A stretch of DNA of 64,000 nucleotides from Spirochaetota bacterium (GCA_035395685.1 DAOPBR010000002.1:84488-148487); one strand, 5' to 3'. Counted from the first letter of the stretch, positions 9,159 through 19,532 are shown. A program made the numbers and translations. Notes: generated by a model not told the origin, from the sequence alone.

Positions 9159-11057
9159 ATGGAAAAAAAGTTTTATATAACAACACCGATTTATTACGTC
9201 AATGCGGAACCTCACATAGGCCACGCATACAGCACAATCGTCGCGGATTTTCTCAAACGTCATTACAAGCTCCGCGGTTTTGACACGTATTTTCTAACCG
9301 GCACGGATGAACACGGCGATAAAATTCAGAAAGCCGCCGATGAAAAGAAAACAGATGTTAAATCATATACCGACGATATAAGCGCTAAATTCAAATCAGC
9401 ATGGAAACTTCTCGGCATAGAATACGACGACTTCATCCGCACTACCGAAGAACGCCACAAGAAGGTTGTTCAAAGCGTGTTGCAGAAAGTTTTTGATACA
9501 GGCGACATTTATTACGGCAGCTACGGCGGAAATTACTGCTACGGATGCGAAAGATTTCTCACCGACAAAGACATCATAGACGGCAAATGCCCCGAACACG
9601 GAAAACCCGTTCAGTGGATTGAAGAGCATAATTATTTCTTCAAAATGAAAAAATACCAGTCGTGGCTTGTTGATCATATCGAAAAAAATCCTGATTTCAT
9701 CAGGCCGGAACGCTATAGAAATGAAGTACTTGCTTTAATTAAAAATGAGGAATTGGAAGATCTTTGCATATCAAGACCAAAGTCGCGTCTTTCGTGGGGA
9801 ATACAACTTCCGTTTGACGACAAGTATGTTACTTATGTCTGGTTTGACGCCCTTATAAACTATATAAGCGCCATAGAATATCCTGACGGCGAAAAATTTA
9901 AAAAATACTGGCCTGTAGTTAATCACATCATCGCAAAAGACATACTTAAGCCTCACGGGGTTTTCTGGCCGACAATGCTCAAAGCCGCCGGAATCGAACC
10001 ATATTATCACCTGAATGTTCACGGATACTGGAATATGGCCGAAGCTAAGATGAGCAAAACTCTCGGCAATGTCGTGAGACCGAATGATCTTCTCGAGAAA
10101 TACGGAAATGACCAGTCGCGCTATTTCTTCCTCAGGGAAATGACTTTCGGACAGGATGCTAAGTTTACAGACGATGCAGTAATCGACAGAATAAATTATG
10201 ATCTTGCGAATGACCTCGGCAATCTGATTAACCGCGCTTTCAACATGATAGAAAAATATTTTGAAGGCAAAATACCCGATCGCACAGCAAATATCGCGGG
10301 GCTTGATGAAATCAGGAATCTACTTGATAAAGCTGAAAACGGCATGAGAGAAAATACGGATAAATTTCAGTTCAGCAACGCACTCGAGTCACTCTGGGAA
10401 TTCGTACGCTTTCTTAACAAATACATCGATCAGAACAAACCATGGACTCTTGCTAAAGAAAATAAAACTGACGAGCTCGCATCTGTTTTAAGAAACTGCG
10501 CGGAAGCTATTTTTTCAGTAACGGCACTCATTTCCCCGGTCTGCTTCAATACGGCACCGAAAATACTCAAAGCACTCGGCGCAGAACTGCCATCTTATGA
10601 TAAAATAACTTCTATGAATAACTTAATAACAGGAACAAAGATCGAAAATCCTGGAATTCTTTTTCCTAAAATTGAAAAACAGGCAAAGGCTGAAGTTGCC
10701 GAAACAAAAACTGCAGCTAATGATTCGGAAAAAATCGAGATCACAGACTTTGCGAAAATTGAACTCAAGGTGGCACAGGTTCTTTCAGCGGAGAAAGTCG
10801 AAGGCTCGGCAAAACTTCTGAAACTTCAAATAGATACGGGTTCTGACAAACGTCAGATCATAGCCGGCATCGGTGAAAAAATGACTCCGGAAAATATAAA
10901 AGGTAAAAAAATAATCGTTGTTGCGAACTTGAAACCTGCAGAAATTTTCGGCAACAAAAGCGAGGGAATGCTTCTCGCAGCAAAAAAATCCAAAAAGGAT
11001 CTCCCGAGCGTCATCATTGTAGATGACTCGATTGAAACGGGAAGCCGGCTTTCTTAA
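9159..11057 (+). CDS. metG: Methionine--tRNA ligase with a C-terminal EMAP/Trbp111-type tRNA-binding domain
   Basis: HIGH motif (PHIGHAYS) and KMSKS motif (KMSKTLGN). Zn knuckle CYGCERF..CPEHG. The C-terminal ..AKIELKVAQVLSAEKVEG.. tRNA-binding domain is present. Confidence 0.95.
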   Translation: MEKKFYITTPIYYVNAEPHIGHAYSTIVADFLKRHYKLRGFDTYFLTGTDEHGDKIQKAADEKKTDVKSYTDDISAKFKSAWKLLGIEYDDFIRTTEERHKKVVQSVLQKVFDTGDIYYGSYGGNYCYGCERFLTDKDIIDGKCPEHGKPVQWIEEHNYFFKMKKYQSWLVDHIEKNPDFIRPERYRNEVLALIKNEELEDLCISRPKSRLSWGIQLPFDDKYVTYVWFDALINYISAIEYPDGEKFKKYWPVVNHIIAKDILKPHGVFWPTMLKAAGIEPYYHLNVHGYWNMAEAKMSKTLGNVVRPNDLLEKYGNDQSRYFFLREMTFGQDAKFTDDAVIDRINYDLANDLGNLINRAFNMIEKYFEGKIPDRTANIAGLDEIRNLLDKAENGMRENTDKFQFSNALESLWEFVRFLNKYIDQNKPWTLAKENKTDELASVLRNCAEAIFSVTALISPVCFNTAPKILKALGAELPSYDKITSMNNLITGTKIENPGILFPKIEKQAKAEVAETKTAANDSEKIEITDFAKIELKVAQVLSAEKVEGSAKLLKLQIDTGSDKRQIIAGIGEKMTPENIKGKKIIVVANLKPAEIFGNKSEGMLLAAKKSKKDLPSVIIVDDSIETGSRLS

Positions 11058-11069
11058 AAGCTGATAAAT

Positions 11070-11579
11070 ATGCTTATAGGGATAATCGCGGATACGCACA
11101 ACAATGTTGAAATGATAATCAAAGCGGTTTCGTATCTGCGCTCCCGCAGGATTAATACATTGATCCACGCGGGAGATCTTTCATCTCCCCAGATGCTGGA
11201 CTTCTTCAGAGGATTTGACCTGTATATCGTTCTTGGAAACGATGACTGCTCAAATGATGAAATGAATCAGAAGCTTGCGTCTCTAGGACTGGAACCCGCA
11301 TGCTGTGCCAAAGAATTTGAATTTGACGGCAAAAAATTCATTCTGTTTCACGGTGATAATGTTCCGATGTTCCGCGACGCTGTTAACTCTGAAAAATACG
11401 ATTATATCATCAAAGGTCATCTTCACTGCGTTGAAAACTATGAAAGAAAAAACACCAGAATAATCAATCCCGGTTCACTCCGCAAGGGTGAAGAGAATAC
11501 AATCGCAATTCTCGATACATCAACCGGTGATGTAACACATGTTGACATGAACGCAGTTGATCCGTATAATTACTCATGA
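11070..11579 (+). CDS. Metallophosphoesterase (YfcE/MJ0936-like)
   Basis: Motifs IIADTHNN, HAGDL, GNDD, GHLH. Confidence 0.8.
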   Translation: MLIGIIADTHNNVEMIIKAVSYLRSRRINTLIHAGDLSSPQMLDFFRGFDLYIVLGNDDCSNDEMNQKLASLGLEPACCAKEFEFDGKKFILFHGDNVPMFRDAVNSEKYDYIIKGHLHCVENYERKNTRIINPGSLRKGEENTIAILDTSTGDVTHVDMNAVDPYNYS

Positions 11580-11920
11580 TGCTGAAATCTTTATTCATAA
11601 TATTCGCAGCTCTTCTGGCCGGAAATACTCTTTCCGATCTGTTGAAACTTCCGTTACCCGGAAGTATAATAGGCCTGGTTTTAATAACCGCATTACTCGA
11701 ATTCAAGCTTATTAAACCGGAAGATATCCGCGAAGGTTCTAATCTTCTTATAAACAATATGGCTCTCTTTTTTGTGCCTGCCGGTGTCGGATTAATACTT
11801 TATTCTGAAGTGTTAAAAAAAGAAATTCTTCCGATCGGTGCTTCATGCGCAATAAGCACATTCATAGTCATCATTACAGTATCGTGGACATTTAAAAAAT
11901 TATCGCGCGGAAAGAAATGA
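11576..11920 (+). CDS. LrgA/CidA-family holin-like membrane protein
   Basis: 114 aa with 4 predicted TM segments. Translationally coupled to the downstream LrgB-like gene. Confidence 0.7.
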   Translation: MMLKSLFIIFAALLAGNTLSDLLKLPLPGSIIGLVLITALLEFKLIKPEDIREGSNLLINNMALFFVPAGVGLILYSEVLKKEILPIGASCAISTFIVIITVSWTFKKLSRGKK

Positions 11921-12621
11921 ACTATATAATAGACAGTCAATTATTCTGGGTGACGCTTACGATAGGACTCTTTATTCTTGGCAAATATCTAAGCGCAAAA
12001 ACAAAATTCATTCTTTTTAATCCCGTTCTTTTTTCTGTAACTGTTCTGATAATACTTCTCAAACTCGCAGGAATAGATTATTCATCTTATAAATCCAACA
12101 CGGACATCATATCATTTTTTCTCGCGCCGTCAGTTATCGCTCTTGCTCTTCCTCTTTACAAAGAACTTGAAGAAATAAAAAAAAATCATATGGCTATTTT
12201 TATTTCTCTCACGGCAGGAAGCCTTGCCGGTCTTCTAAGTGTTTCCGGAATATCACTTCTGCTCGGCGCCGATACGCTTACAGTAATATCTCTTCTTCCC
12301 AAATCTGTTACAAGCGCAATAGCGATAGAAGTCTCATCTAAAATCGGAGGAGAACCCTCACTTACTGCAGGATTTGTCGTAATCACCGGAATCATCGGCG
12401 CCGGCGGAGGACTCTTCTTTTTACGTTTGATAAATGAGCACAGCCATAAAGGCGGCGGACTCGCTATTGGATGCGCAGCTCATGCACTTGGAACCGCGGC
12501 AATAGCTGAAAAAGGCGAAACATACGCCGCTTACGGCGGACTTGCTCTATGCGTCACAGGAATAATAACTTCCCTTCTCGCTCCCCTTTTCGCTTATATC
12601 ATCAAATATTTATACGGATGA
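11917..12621 (+). CDS. LrgB/CidB-family membrane protein
   Basis: 234-aa polytopic membrane protein. 4-bp overlap with the LrgA-like gene, the classic lrgAB pair. Confidence 0.75.
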   Translation: MNYIIDSQLFWVTLTIGLFILGKYLSAKTKFILFNPVLFSVTVLIILLKLAGIDYSSYKSNTDIISFFLAPSVIALALPLYKELEEIKKNHMAIFISLTAGSLAGLLSVSGISLLLGADTLTVISLLPKSVTSAIAIEVSSKIGGEPSLTAGFVVITGIIGAGGGLFFLRLINEHSHKGGGLAIGCAAHALGTAAIAEKGETYAAYGGLALCVTGIITSLLAPLFAYIIKYLYG

Positions 12622-12704
12622 AGTTTTTCTATTCATTCACAGGCTTTGACTTAAAATAACAGAATCCTGTAATTTATTTAATTAATACAGGCACATCATA
12701 CAAT

Positions 12705-12739
12705 TTCACTAAACTCTTAAAAATCAAGAGTTTAGTGAA
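12705..12739. terminator. Perfect 14-bp inverted repeat (ttcactaaactctt-aaaaatca-agagtttagtgaa) between convergent genes; a bidirectional terminator or protein-binding palindrome
   Basis: Read directly from the sequence. It lies between the lrgB-like stop (12621) and the stop of the minus-strand flavodoxin-like gene (12752). Confidence 0.4.
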
Positions 12740-12751
12740 ATGCAGAATCTA

Positions 12752-14125
12752 TTATGCTTCTTTTACAATTTTAGAAAGACCGGCAATCATACCCTTCTTC
12801 ATATTTTTATTCATGCCGTTTCTGAGTGCAGGAATACGCATGAGTCTGGAAGCAAAAGGTATAACGGTTTTATTGATAAGCTTTTTTGTCGGAAAATCAA
12901 ACATCTTGTTCTTTTTATAGAACTTATAATCAGCGGAAAAAATAATCCGCATAAAGCCCCATATCTCGTCACGGAAAATTCTTCTGCCTCCGTTACCCAG
13001 AAAAGTATCCGGCGCAAGAAACTTCTCTTCATGAAAAAAAGCTGCGCGTTTAACAAGCAAATCAATATCCTTAGAAAAAGCCTGCGGATCATTTGATTCA
13101 GAAGAAACAATTCCGGCAATATTTGCTTGAGATACTTCTGAATATGCTTCAATGAACTGCCTTATATTCGGAATTGCGCTGAGTTCACCAACAACAACCC
13201 ATGCTGTCTGCTTCCCTGACAAACTCGGCATGTGATTTCTGTAAAAACTGCGGTCAAAGAACATCTTGAATCTTGAAGACAAGTATCTGTCGCGTATCTC
13301 ACCGACAAAAAATACGATATCGGCGTCCAGAATCATTTTCTGATGAAACGCACGGTAATCATCCGAACCGTCGTAAATGCACTCGCTTTTTAATCCGCAT
13401 CTGAGACATCCCAGACAGCCGCCTTTTATGTTAACTTCAGCAAGGTCTCCTGCAACAGCATTACTAAATCTTGCAGCAATTTGTAATGCTGTCTCTTTTA
13501 CTGAATTGTTACCGGTTGAATCATAGATAATACGCACACGGGCGTTTGAATCACTTACCGGAGTTTGTCCTCCAATTGAATTATAAGAAAAAGAGTTTTC
13601 CTTCAGTGTGTTAAATGCCCGTGATACAGGATTTTTCAACTCGCAATCGCTGAAAATATTTTTCGCAAAAGTAACAATCCCTTTTCTTATTTTTTCCTTC
13701 ATCAAATCATTCATCTCTGGAGTAAACGAAGCGCAGAAATTCATTCCCAAATCTTCGCTTACTGCGTGAATATAATTCTTGGCAATATGATCCTGATAAT
13801 GAATAGAAGTCATTATCGCTGCCGCATACTTTCCATTAAATGCATCAAAGGAATTCCTTTCGTAAACCAGTTCAATAAAACGCTTTATCTGATAAGGAAC
13901 AAGCAGAACATAGACCGGAAACGACCAAATAATAAAATCCGCTCTCCGAACAGAATCAATAACCGAATCAAAACGGGCTGAATCTTTTTCAATAACATTA
14001 ATCATCGAACCGACATTTTCGACACCCCATTCATGCTCCGGAAATTTCTTCATAAGAAATTTGGAATACTGCATAGTAACACTGTCTTCTCCCTTCGGAC
14101 TCCCGTGCAAAACCAATATCTTCAT
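12752..14125 (-). CDS. NAD(P)H-dependent oxidoreductase with two tandem flavodoxin-like domains
   Basis: The N-terminus (MKILVLHGSPKGEDS..ADFIIWSFPVY) is typical of the NADPH-dependent FMN reductase/flavodoxin-like fold. A second flavodoxin-like segment starts at VRIIYDSTGNN, and there is a Cys cluster GGCLGCLRCGLKSEC. 4-bp overlap with the upstream tetR. Confidence 0.55.
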   Translation of the reverse strand: MKILVLHGSPKGEDSVTMQYSKFLMKKFPEHEWGVENVGSMINVIEKDSARFDSVIDSVRRADFIIWSFPVYVLLVPYQIKRFIELVYERNSFDAFNGKYAAAIMTSIHYQDHIAKNYIHAVSEDLGMNFCASFTPEMNDLMKEKIRKGIVTFAKNIFSDCELKNPVSRAFNTLKENSFSYNSIGGQTPVSDSNARVRIIYDSTGNNSVKETALQIAARFSNAVAGDLAEVNIKGGCLGCLRCGLKSECIYDGSDDYRAFHQKMILDADIVFFVGEIRDRYLSSRFKMFFDRSFYRNHMPSLSGKQTAWVVVGELSAIPNIRQFIEAYSEVSQANIAGIVSSESNDPQAFSKDIDLLVKRAAFFHEEKFLAPDTFLGNGGRRIFRDEIWGFMRIIFSADYKFYKKNKMFDFPTKKLINKTVIPFASRLMRIPALRNGMNKNMKKGMIAGLSKIVKEA

Positions 14126-14772
14126 TTTTTTCCTCCTTTTTTTACTTTTTCAGAAATAATTGCATCACCGATCATATTCATCGATGTTTTGATAAAATCA
14201 TCAGCATTCACTTTGTAATACTTTTCAAGTGAGTCACCGCATGATGCGACAAAATCAAGAACACCGTTTGACGAACTCATGACAAATAAAGCCGCCGTAA
14301 CCGGATCTATATCTTTTCTCAAAGTTCCGTCTTTACGCCCCTCGACAAAACTGTCTGACATCAGCGAAAAAACTTCCGACCAGTATTTCTCAATTTTTAC
14401 CCTGTATTCACCGGGATGTTCGACGCCGCCGAAGCGCCGCATCGAAAGAATTTTAAAGCCGGCATTATATTCACGGTAAAAATGAACGTATGCATCGCCG
14501 ATTGCACTGATTTTATCCAATCCGGTCTTATTATTAACAAATACCTCGCTGAATATCCGGAAAAGGATTTCTGATGCTCTCAATATCACAGCTGCAAAAA
14601 GTTCATCCTTGGTTGGGAAATAGCTATAAACAGATTTTTTTGTAAATTCTGCCGAAGCTGCAATTTCATCCATCGTCGCCGATTCATATCCTCTTTCGAT
14701 AAACACTTTTTCAGCCGCATCAAGAATAAGCTCCCTTCGTGATTCTTTTTCCTTTTCGCGTCTCGACTTCAT
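14122..14772 (-). CDS. TetR/AcrR-family transcriptional regulator
   Basis: N-terminal HTH (ELILDAAEKVFIERGYESATMDEIAASAEFTKKSVYSYFPTKDELF). Confidence 0.85.
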   Translation of the reverse strand: MKSRREKEKESRRELILDAAEKVFIERGYESATMDEIAASAEFTKKSVYSYFPTKDELFAAVILRASEILFRIFSEVFVNNKTGLDKISAIGDAYVHFYREYNAGFKILSMRRFGGVEHPGEYRVKIEKYWSEVFSLMSDSFVEGRKDGTLRKDIDPVTAALFVMSSSNGVLDFVASCGDSLEKYYKVNADDFIKTSMNMIGDAIISEKVKKGGKK

Positions 14773-14814
14773 TTTTTCACCTTTATTATATTTATTTTAC
14801 TTTTCGTTTATCAG

Positions 14815-14831
14815 GTATACTATTAGTATAC
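14815..14831. promoter_or_regulatory. Near-palindromic GTATACtattaGTATAC site upstream of tetR; candidate TetR operator
   Basis: 17-bp near-perfect palindrome 43 bp upstream of the tetR start, in the divergent tetR/HK intergenic region. Confidence 0.35.
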
Positions 14832-14981
14832 TTTTTGTCAAGTGTTTTTAAATGATACGCCGTCTCTTTCTAAAATATTTTTGGATTGTAAAGTTGGTTC
14901 TTAAACCGGGGTATCTTTTATAATGGACTTTAGAATTATAATTGACCCATTCGTTAAAATAGTTCATAATACATTCAGGAA

Positions 14982-17582
14982 ATGATTTTACCAGGCTTCA
15001 GTTTTCTTCATGCGTATAAGCAGGGGGAAAACTTGATTATTCCGGAGCACCAAAGAGTGAGAACAAAAGCGGGCAAGCATACAATTGGATTTCTAACCTT
15101 TGATATAGCCGGCACCTACAATAACACCATGTGGCGCCATCTGTTTAATGCCGCCCGCAATAAAAATATTCAAATGATAACCTTCTGCGGCGGAGTCCTT
15201 CTTGACGAAAGCATTCTGCACCGGCAATGGAATAAAATATACGATCTGGCATCAACTCAACGCATCGATGGACTAATAGTTCTCTCGGCATCTCTGTCTC
15301 AAAGCTGCGGCAAAGACAAATTATCGGAATTTCTTAAACGATTTTCTCCCATACCGGTTGTCAGCATCGGAGTCGAACTGGCAAATGCCGTATCCATTCT
15401 TCTTGATAACAAAGAAGGAATGCGTCAAATCGTTAACCACATGCTTGACGAGCATGACACGGCCAAAGTGCTTTTTCTTGCCGGTCCCGAGAATAACGAG
15501 GAAGCTCATTTGCGTCTTTCTGTTTTCAAAGAAGAAATGCTTAGGCGGGGTATTCCGATTAATGATGAATTGATTCGCCATGTATCTTATAGATACGATC
15601 TGGCAATTGAAGCTGTTGAAGAAGTAATAAAATCAGAAATTGATTTCGATTCAATAATAGCAGTAAATGATGACAGCGCACTGGGAGCTTACGATGCACT
15701 TAAGAAACACGGAATAAAAGTTCCTCACGAAATTTCTCTCAGCGGATTTGACAACACGGATCAGTCGCAATCCAATGCCGTCCCCCTGACAACGGTTCAG
15801 CAGCCGCACAGGGAAATGGCAGAAAGCGCACTTGAAGCAATACATTCTATTCTATCAGGAGAAGCAGTTGAAAAACGCCGCTTGATACCGGCAAAACTTA
15901 TCGTGAGAAATTCATGCGGATGCATATTAAAGAATTATATCTCTCAAAAAGACTTCATAACAGGCCAAAACTCAAAACCTGAACTTATTAAAAATACTGT
16001 TTTTACCAAGCCCGAAAATCCTGAGATTCTAAATAAACATTTTGATGAATTCATAAAGAATGATGATATCTCAAAACTGCTTTATGCTTTTAATGAAGAA
16101 TTACTTACCTCGGCAGAAAGCAATAACAGTGACGAAGTTTTCACCGGATGGCACAATTTTCTAACAACATGGAGTGCGGATATTCTTGAATCATCAATTT
16201 ATAACAGCACTCAGAAAATTTCAGCAGCATCCTTCTTTGAAAGTGCACGCTTCATGATTATCGAAGCCGAAAAAAATCTGATTGCCGCAAAGCGGCTTGA
16301 AACACAGAAAAAAGATTATCTTTTTATCCTGTTCAGTTCATATTTTTCTCCGCTGATTGACATGAAAAACTATTTAAACCACATCTCAAGAGAATTACCG
16401 AAATTCGGAGTAACATCTTTTTTTATTTCATTATTTTGCGACAAAGAACTTTCCAAATCAAAAATAGTACTCTATTATCTGCCGAACGGAAACACATACT
16501 GGGATATTGACGGAAAAGAATTTCAAAGCAATAAAATTTTACCGGAAGAACTCATCACAGACAGCTCTTCGGATCTGGTAATCGAGCCTCTATTGAATTA
16601 TGAGGAAATCATCGGTTATTTCGTCTTTCAGCTGGCTGAACCGGCCGAAATAATTGAAAACATCCGGCAGCTCGTATCGAACTCATTTTTAAGCATACTG
16701 CTGGCGCAGGAAGTTATAAAAGACAAACAGCTCAAAACTCTTCTGCAGAATCTCGAAACAAAACAGGAACTTCTCGAAGAAGCCTATCATTCATTAAAGG
16801 AAAATCAGGAAAAAATGCTCGTCATTGACAAGATGGCCTCGCTCGGGAAAATGACTGCGGGTATTGCTCACGAAATGAATACTCCCGTAGCATCGATCCG
16901 CACTTCTCTCTCTGAAATATCAAGACTGACCGAAGAATATGATAAGTCAATCGGCGATCCTGATGTAAGCGATGAAGACCACCGCGAAATCGCCGCAGAA
17001 ATAAAACACTCGTTGAATCTGGCCGAAAAAGCAGCAGAAAAAGCAGCGGCTTTCGTTCACGGTATAAAATCGCAAACGCGCGATCTTGATCCGAAAGACC
17101 GTTTTAACTTCAATGCTGTAGAAGTAATACGCGAAGCACTTCTTCTGCTCAGTCATTCTTTAAAGCAGAACAAATGCGATATGGAATTGACATGTGAACG
17201 GGACTACATAGAAATTAACGGAGTTCCGGGGAGGCTTTCCCAGGTTATCACAAACCTTGTCAATAATTCAATCGAAGCATGTCCGAATGACGGAAGCGGC
17301 AGAATAGAAGTAAATATTACCGAAACAGAAAACGAAGTCATTCTGAGTGTAGCTGATAACGGCAGCGGAATAACCAAGGAAAACTTAACAAAAATATTCG
17401 ATCCGATGTTCACAACAAAACCTTTCGGTGTAGGAACAGGACTCGGTCTCACACTTGTTCACAACATAGTATGTGCAGAATTCGGCGGAAGCATTGAAAT
17501 AACTAACGGCATCAACGGCGGTACAAAGTTTATCATTCATCTCAAGTCAAATCAGGAGGATCACATTGGCTCGAAAATATAA
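14982..17582 (+). CDS. Sensor histidine kinase with an N-terminal cytoplasmic PBP-like sensor domain (paralogous to the ORF at 42-2342), an unassigned middle region, HisKA and HATPase_c
   Basis: H-box (GIAHEMNTPVASIRTS); N, G1 and G2 boxes (NLVNNSIEAC, DNGSGI, GTGLGL). The N-terminal PBP-like domain has a VRNSCGCI motif matching IRSSCGCI in ORF 42-2342. Confidence 0.85.
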   Translation: MILPGFSFLHAYKQGENLIIPEHQRVRTKAGKHTIGFLTFDIAGTYNNTMWRHLFNAARNKNIQMITFCGGVLLDESILHRQWNKIYDLASTQRIDGLIVLSASLSQSCGKDKLSEFLKRFSPIPVVSIGVELANAVSILLDNKEGMRQIVNHMLDEHDTAKVLFLAGPENNEEAHLRLSVFKEEMLRRGIPINDELIRHVSYRYDLAIEAVEEVIKSEIDFDSIIAVNDDSALGAYDALKKHGIKVPHEISLSGFDNTDQSQSNAVPLTTVQQPHREMAESALEAIHSILSGEAVEKRRLIPAKLIVRNSCGCILKNYISQKDFITGQNSKPELIKNTVFTKPENPEILNKHFDEFIKNDDISKLLYAFNEELLTSAESNNSDEVFTGWHNFLTTWSADILESSIYNSTQKISAASFFESARFMIIEAEKNLIAAKRLETQKKDYLFILFSSYFSPLIDMKNYLNHISRELPKFGVTSFFISLFCDKELSKSKIVLYYLPNGNTYWDIDGKEFQSNKILPEELITDSSSDLVIEPLLNYEEIIGYFVFQLAEPAEIIENIRQLVSNSFLSILLAQEVIKDKQLKTLLQNLETKQELLEEAYHSLKENQEKMLVIDKMASLGKMTAGIAHEMNTPVASIRTSLSEISRLTEEYDKSIGDPDVSDEDHREIAAEIKHSLNLAEKAAEKAAAFVHGIKSQTRDLDPKDRFNFNAVEVIREALLLLSHSLKQNKCDMELTCERDYIEINGVPGRLSQVITNLVNNSIEACPNDGSGRIEVNITETENEVILSVADNGSGITKENLTKIFDPMFTTKPFGVGTGLGLTLVHNIVCAEFGGSIEITNGINGGTKFIIHLKSNQEDHIGSKI

Positions 17583-19044
17583 AGTCAGCTCTGAGAAAGG
17601 CGGTGAAATACTTCTAGTGGATGATAATCTTGAATATCTCGAAGCAACACGCCTTTTACTTTCGCGCGAAGGACACAATGTCACAACCGCTCCGGGAGGA
17701 GCGGAGGCTCTGGCAATACTGGAAAAAAAATCTTTCGACTTGATTCTTCTCGACTATTTTATGCCCGGCATGACTGGAGAAGAATTTGTCTCAGAACTTC
17801 GCAAGAAAAATAAGATAATCCAGATAATACTTCAGACAGGATACGCATCAGAACATCCTCCGCGCGAACTGCTTCGAAGACTGGACATACAGGGATACTT
17901 CGATAAAAGTGAAGGCCCTGACAGGCTTCTGTTATGGGTTGAGGTAGGACTCAAATCCGCCAATTCAATAAAACAAATCAGCAAAAGCCGTGAAAGCCTG
18001 AACTATATTCTGAATGTAACACCGGATCTGCACCGCATTCAGCCATTAGAAGAACTTCTTAACGGAATTCTGATTCAGATTATGGGTCTTCTCGGTGTCG
18101 GGAATTCGTTTTTGGCTGTATTCGGCGACAACAACTCGATGAACGTTGAACAGCATGAAGATTCTTTTCTTGCGATGATGGATGATGAGGCGGGTCTTAT
18201 AATTCAGGCTGGAACAGGACGCTTCAATCCGAAACATCATATCAAAGATTTTCTTGAAGGAAATGAAACAGAAATCATAGGTAAAGCTCTTAACGAAGGA
18301 ATCGTTTATGTCAAAAACGGCAGAACGGCCATACCTCTAAGAGTCGCCGATTATAATGTAGGAGTCGTCTATGTAGACCGTGAAATAAGTCTCGAAGACG
18401 ACGTTTCGCTTCTAAGCGTATTCGCGAATCAGGCCGCTGTTGCAATTCATAATTCACGACTGCATCAAATCGCGACAATCGATCCTCTGACTGGAGTCTA
18501 TGTGAGAGGATTTTTCTTTCAATGCCTGCTTCGTGATCTTCGGGGAGCATTCCGCAACAACTACCCTCTCGTTCTAATGATGGTTGATATTGATAATTTA
18601 AAAATCATCAACGACGAACACGGTCACATCGCGGGGGATCAGGCAATTGCGCTTATAGGACGCTCTCTGCTTAAAGCAACCAGAAACACCGATGCGGTAG
18701 GCCGTTACGGCGGTGACGAATTTACAGTACTTTTGCCGCAGACAAATCTTGACTCCGTCGAGATTATTCTTAACCGTTTCTACCGCCAGCTTGAAGATAA
18801 TCCCATAAACGGCGACGCCGAACCTCTCACAATCAGATGCTCTATCGGAGTCGGCCTTCTTGATTCACCCGATTTTGATATCAACGAAATGCCGAAGCCC
18901 ATACCTCAGAGCTATTTTCAGAAGATGGCAGAGTCTTTTATCGATTTCGCAGATCATGTTTTATATAAAGCAAAGACAAACGGCAAAAACCGTTTTATGA
19001 TGTCTGAAAATACATTAAAATGGAACAAGGATTCTGATCAATGA
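17566..19044 (+). CDS. Response regulator with REC, GAF and GGDEF domains (diguanylate cyclase)
   Basis: REC domain (LLVDDN..DLILLDYFMPGMTGEE..), a GAF-like middle region, and a GGDEF C-terminus (RYGGDEFTVLLP). 17-bp overlap with the kinase gene. Confidence 0.9.
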   Translation: MARKYKVSSEKGGEILLVDDNLEYLEATRLLLSREGHNVTTAPGGAEALAILEKKSFDLILLDYFMPGMTGEEFVSELRKKNKIIQIILQTGYASEHPPRELLRRLDIQGYFDKSEGPDRLLLWVEVGLKSANSIKQISKSRESLNYILNVTPDLHRIQPLEELLNGILIQIMGLLGVGNSFLAVFGDNNSMNVEQHEDSFLAMMDDEAGLIIQAGTGRFNPKHHIKDFLEGNETEIIGKALNEGIVYVKNGRTAIPLRVADYNVGVVYVDREISLEDDVSLLSVFANQAAVAIHNSRLHQIATIDPLTGVYVRGFFFQCLLRDLRGAFRNNYPLVLMMVDIDNLKIINDEHGHIAGDQAIALIGRSLLKATRNTDAVGRYGGDEFTVLLPQTNLDSVEIILNRFYRQLEDNPINGDAEPLTIRCSIGVGLLDSPDFDINEMPKPIPQSYFQKMAESFIDFADHVLYKAKTNGKNRFMMSENTLKWNKDSDQ

Positions 19045-19532
19045 TCACATTTAAAAAACTTGATTCAAAAGAAGAACTTTCCGATGCTCTTTCTGTTTTA
19101 AAAAAATCATTTAAAACTGTTGCGGATGAATTCGGTTTAACAAAAGAAAACGCACCTACAAATGCCGCATTCATGACACTGGAAAGGCTTATCGAAACAA
19201 CCGGAGACGGAGTTTCACTCTTCGGTTTATTCGAGAATGGAATTCTTGTCGGTACCGTGGCTCTTGAAAAATCAAAAGAGAATCCGGAAATCTTTTATCT
19301 CGAACGATTGTCCGTTCTTCCGGAAAAACGTCATCTCGGCTACGGAAGAAAGCTCATGGATTTTGCCAAAAATCGGGCCGCTGTTGAAAAAGCAAAAAAA
19401 ATATCAATCGGCGTCATCGACAGCAACGAAATCCTGAAATCATGGTATATCGAATACGGCTTCAAAGAAACAATGATTAAAAGCTACGATCATCTTCCTT
19501 TTAAAGTTTGTTTTATGGAACTCAATATCTGA
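19041..19532 (+). CDS. GNAT-family N-acetyltransferase
   Basis: Acetyl-CoA-binding motif (LERLSVLPEKRHLGYGRKLMDFA). Confidence 0.7.
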   Translation: MITFKKLDSKEELSDALSVLKKSFKTVADEFGLTKENAPTNAAFMTLERLIETTGDGVSLFGLFENGILVGTVALEKSKENPEIFYLERLSVLPEKRHLGYGRKLMDFAKNRAAVEKAKKISIGVIDSNEILKSWYIEYGFKETMIKSYDHLPFKVCFMELNI

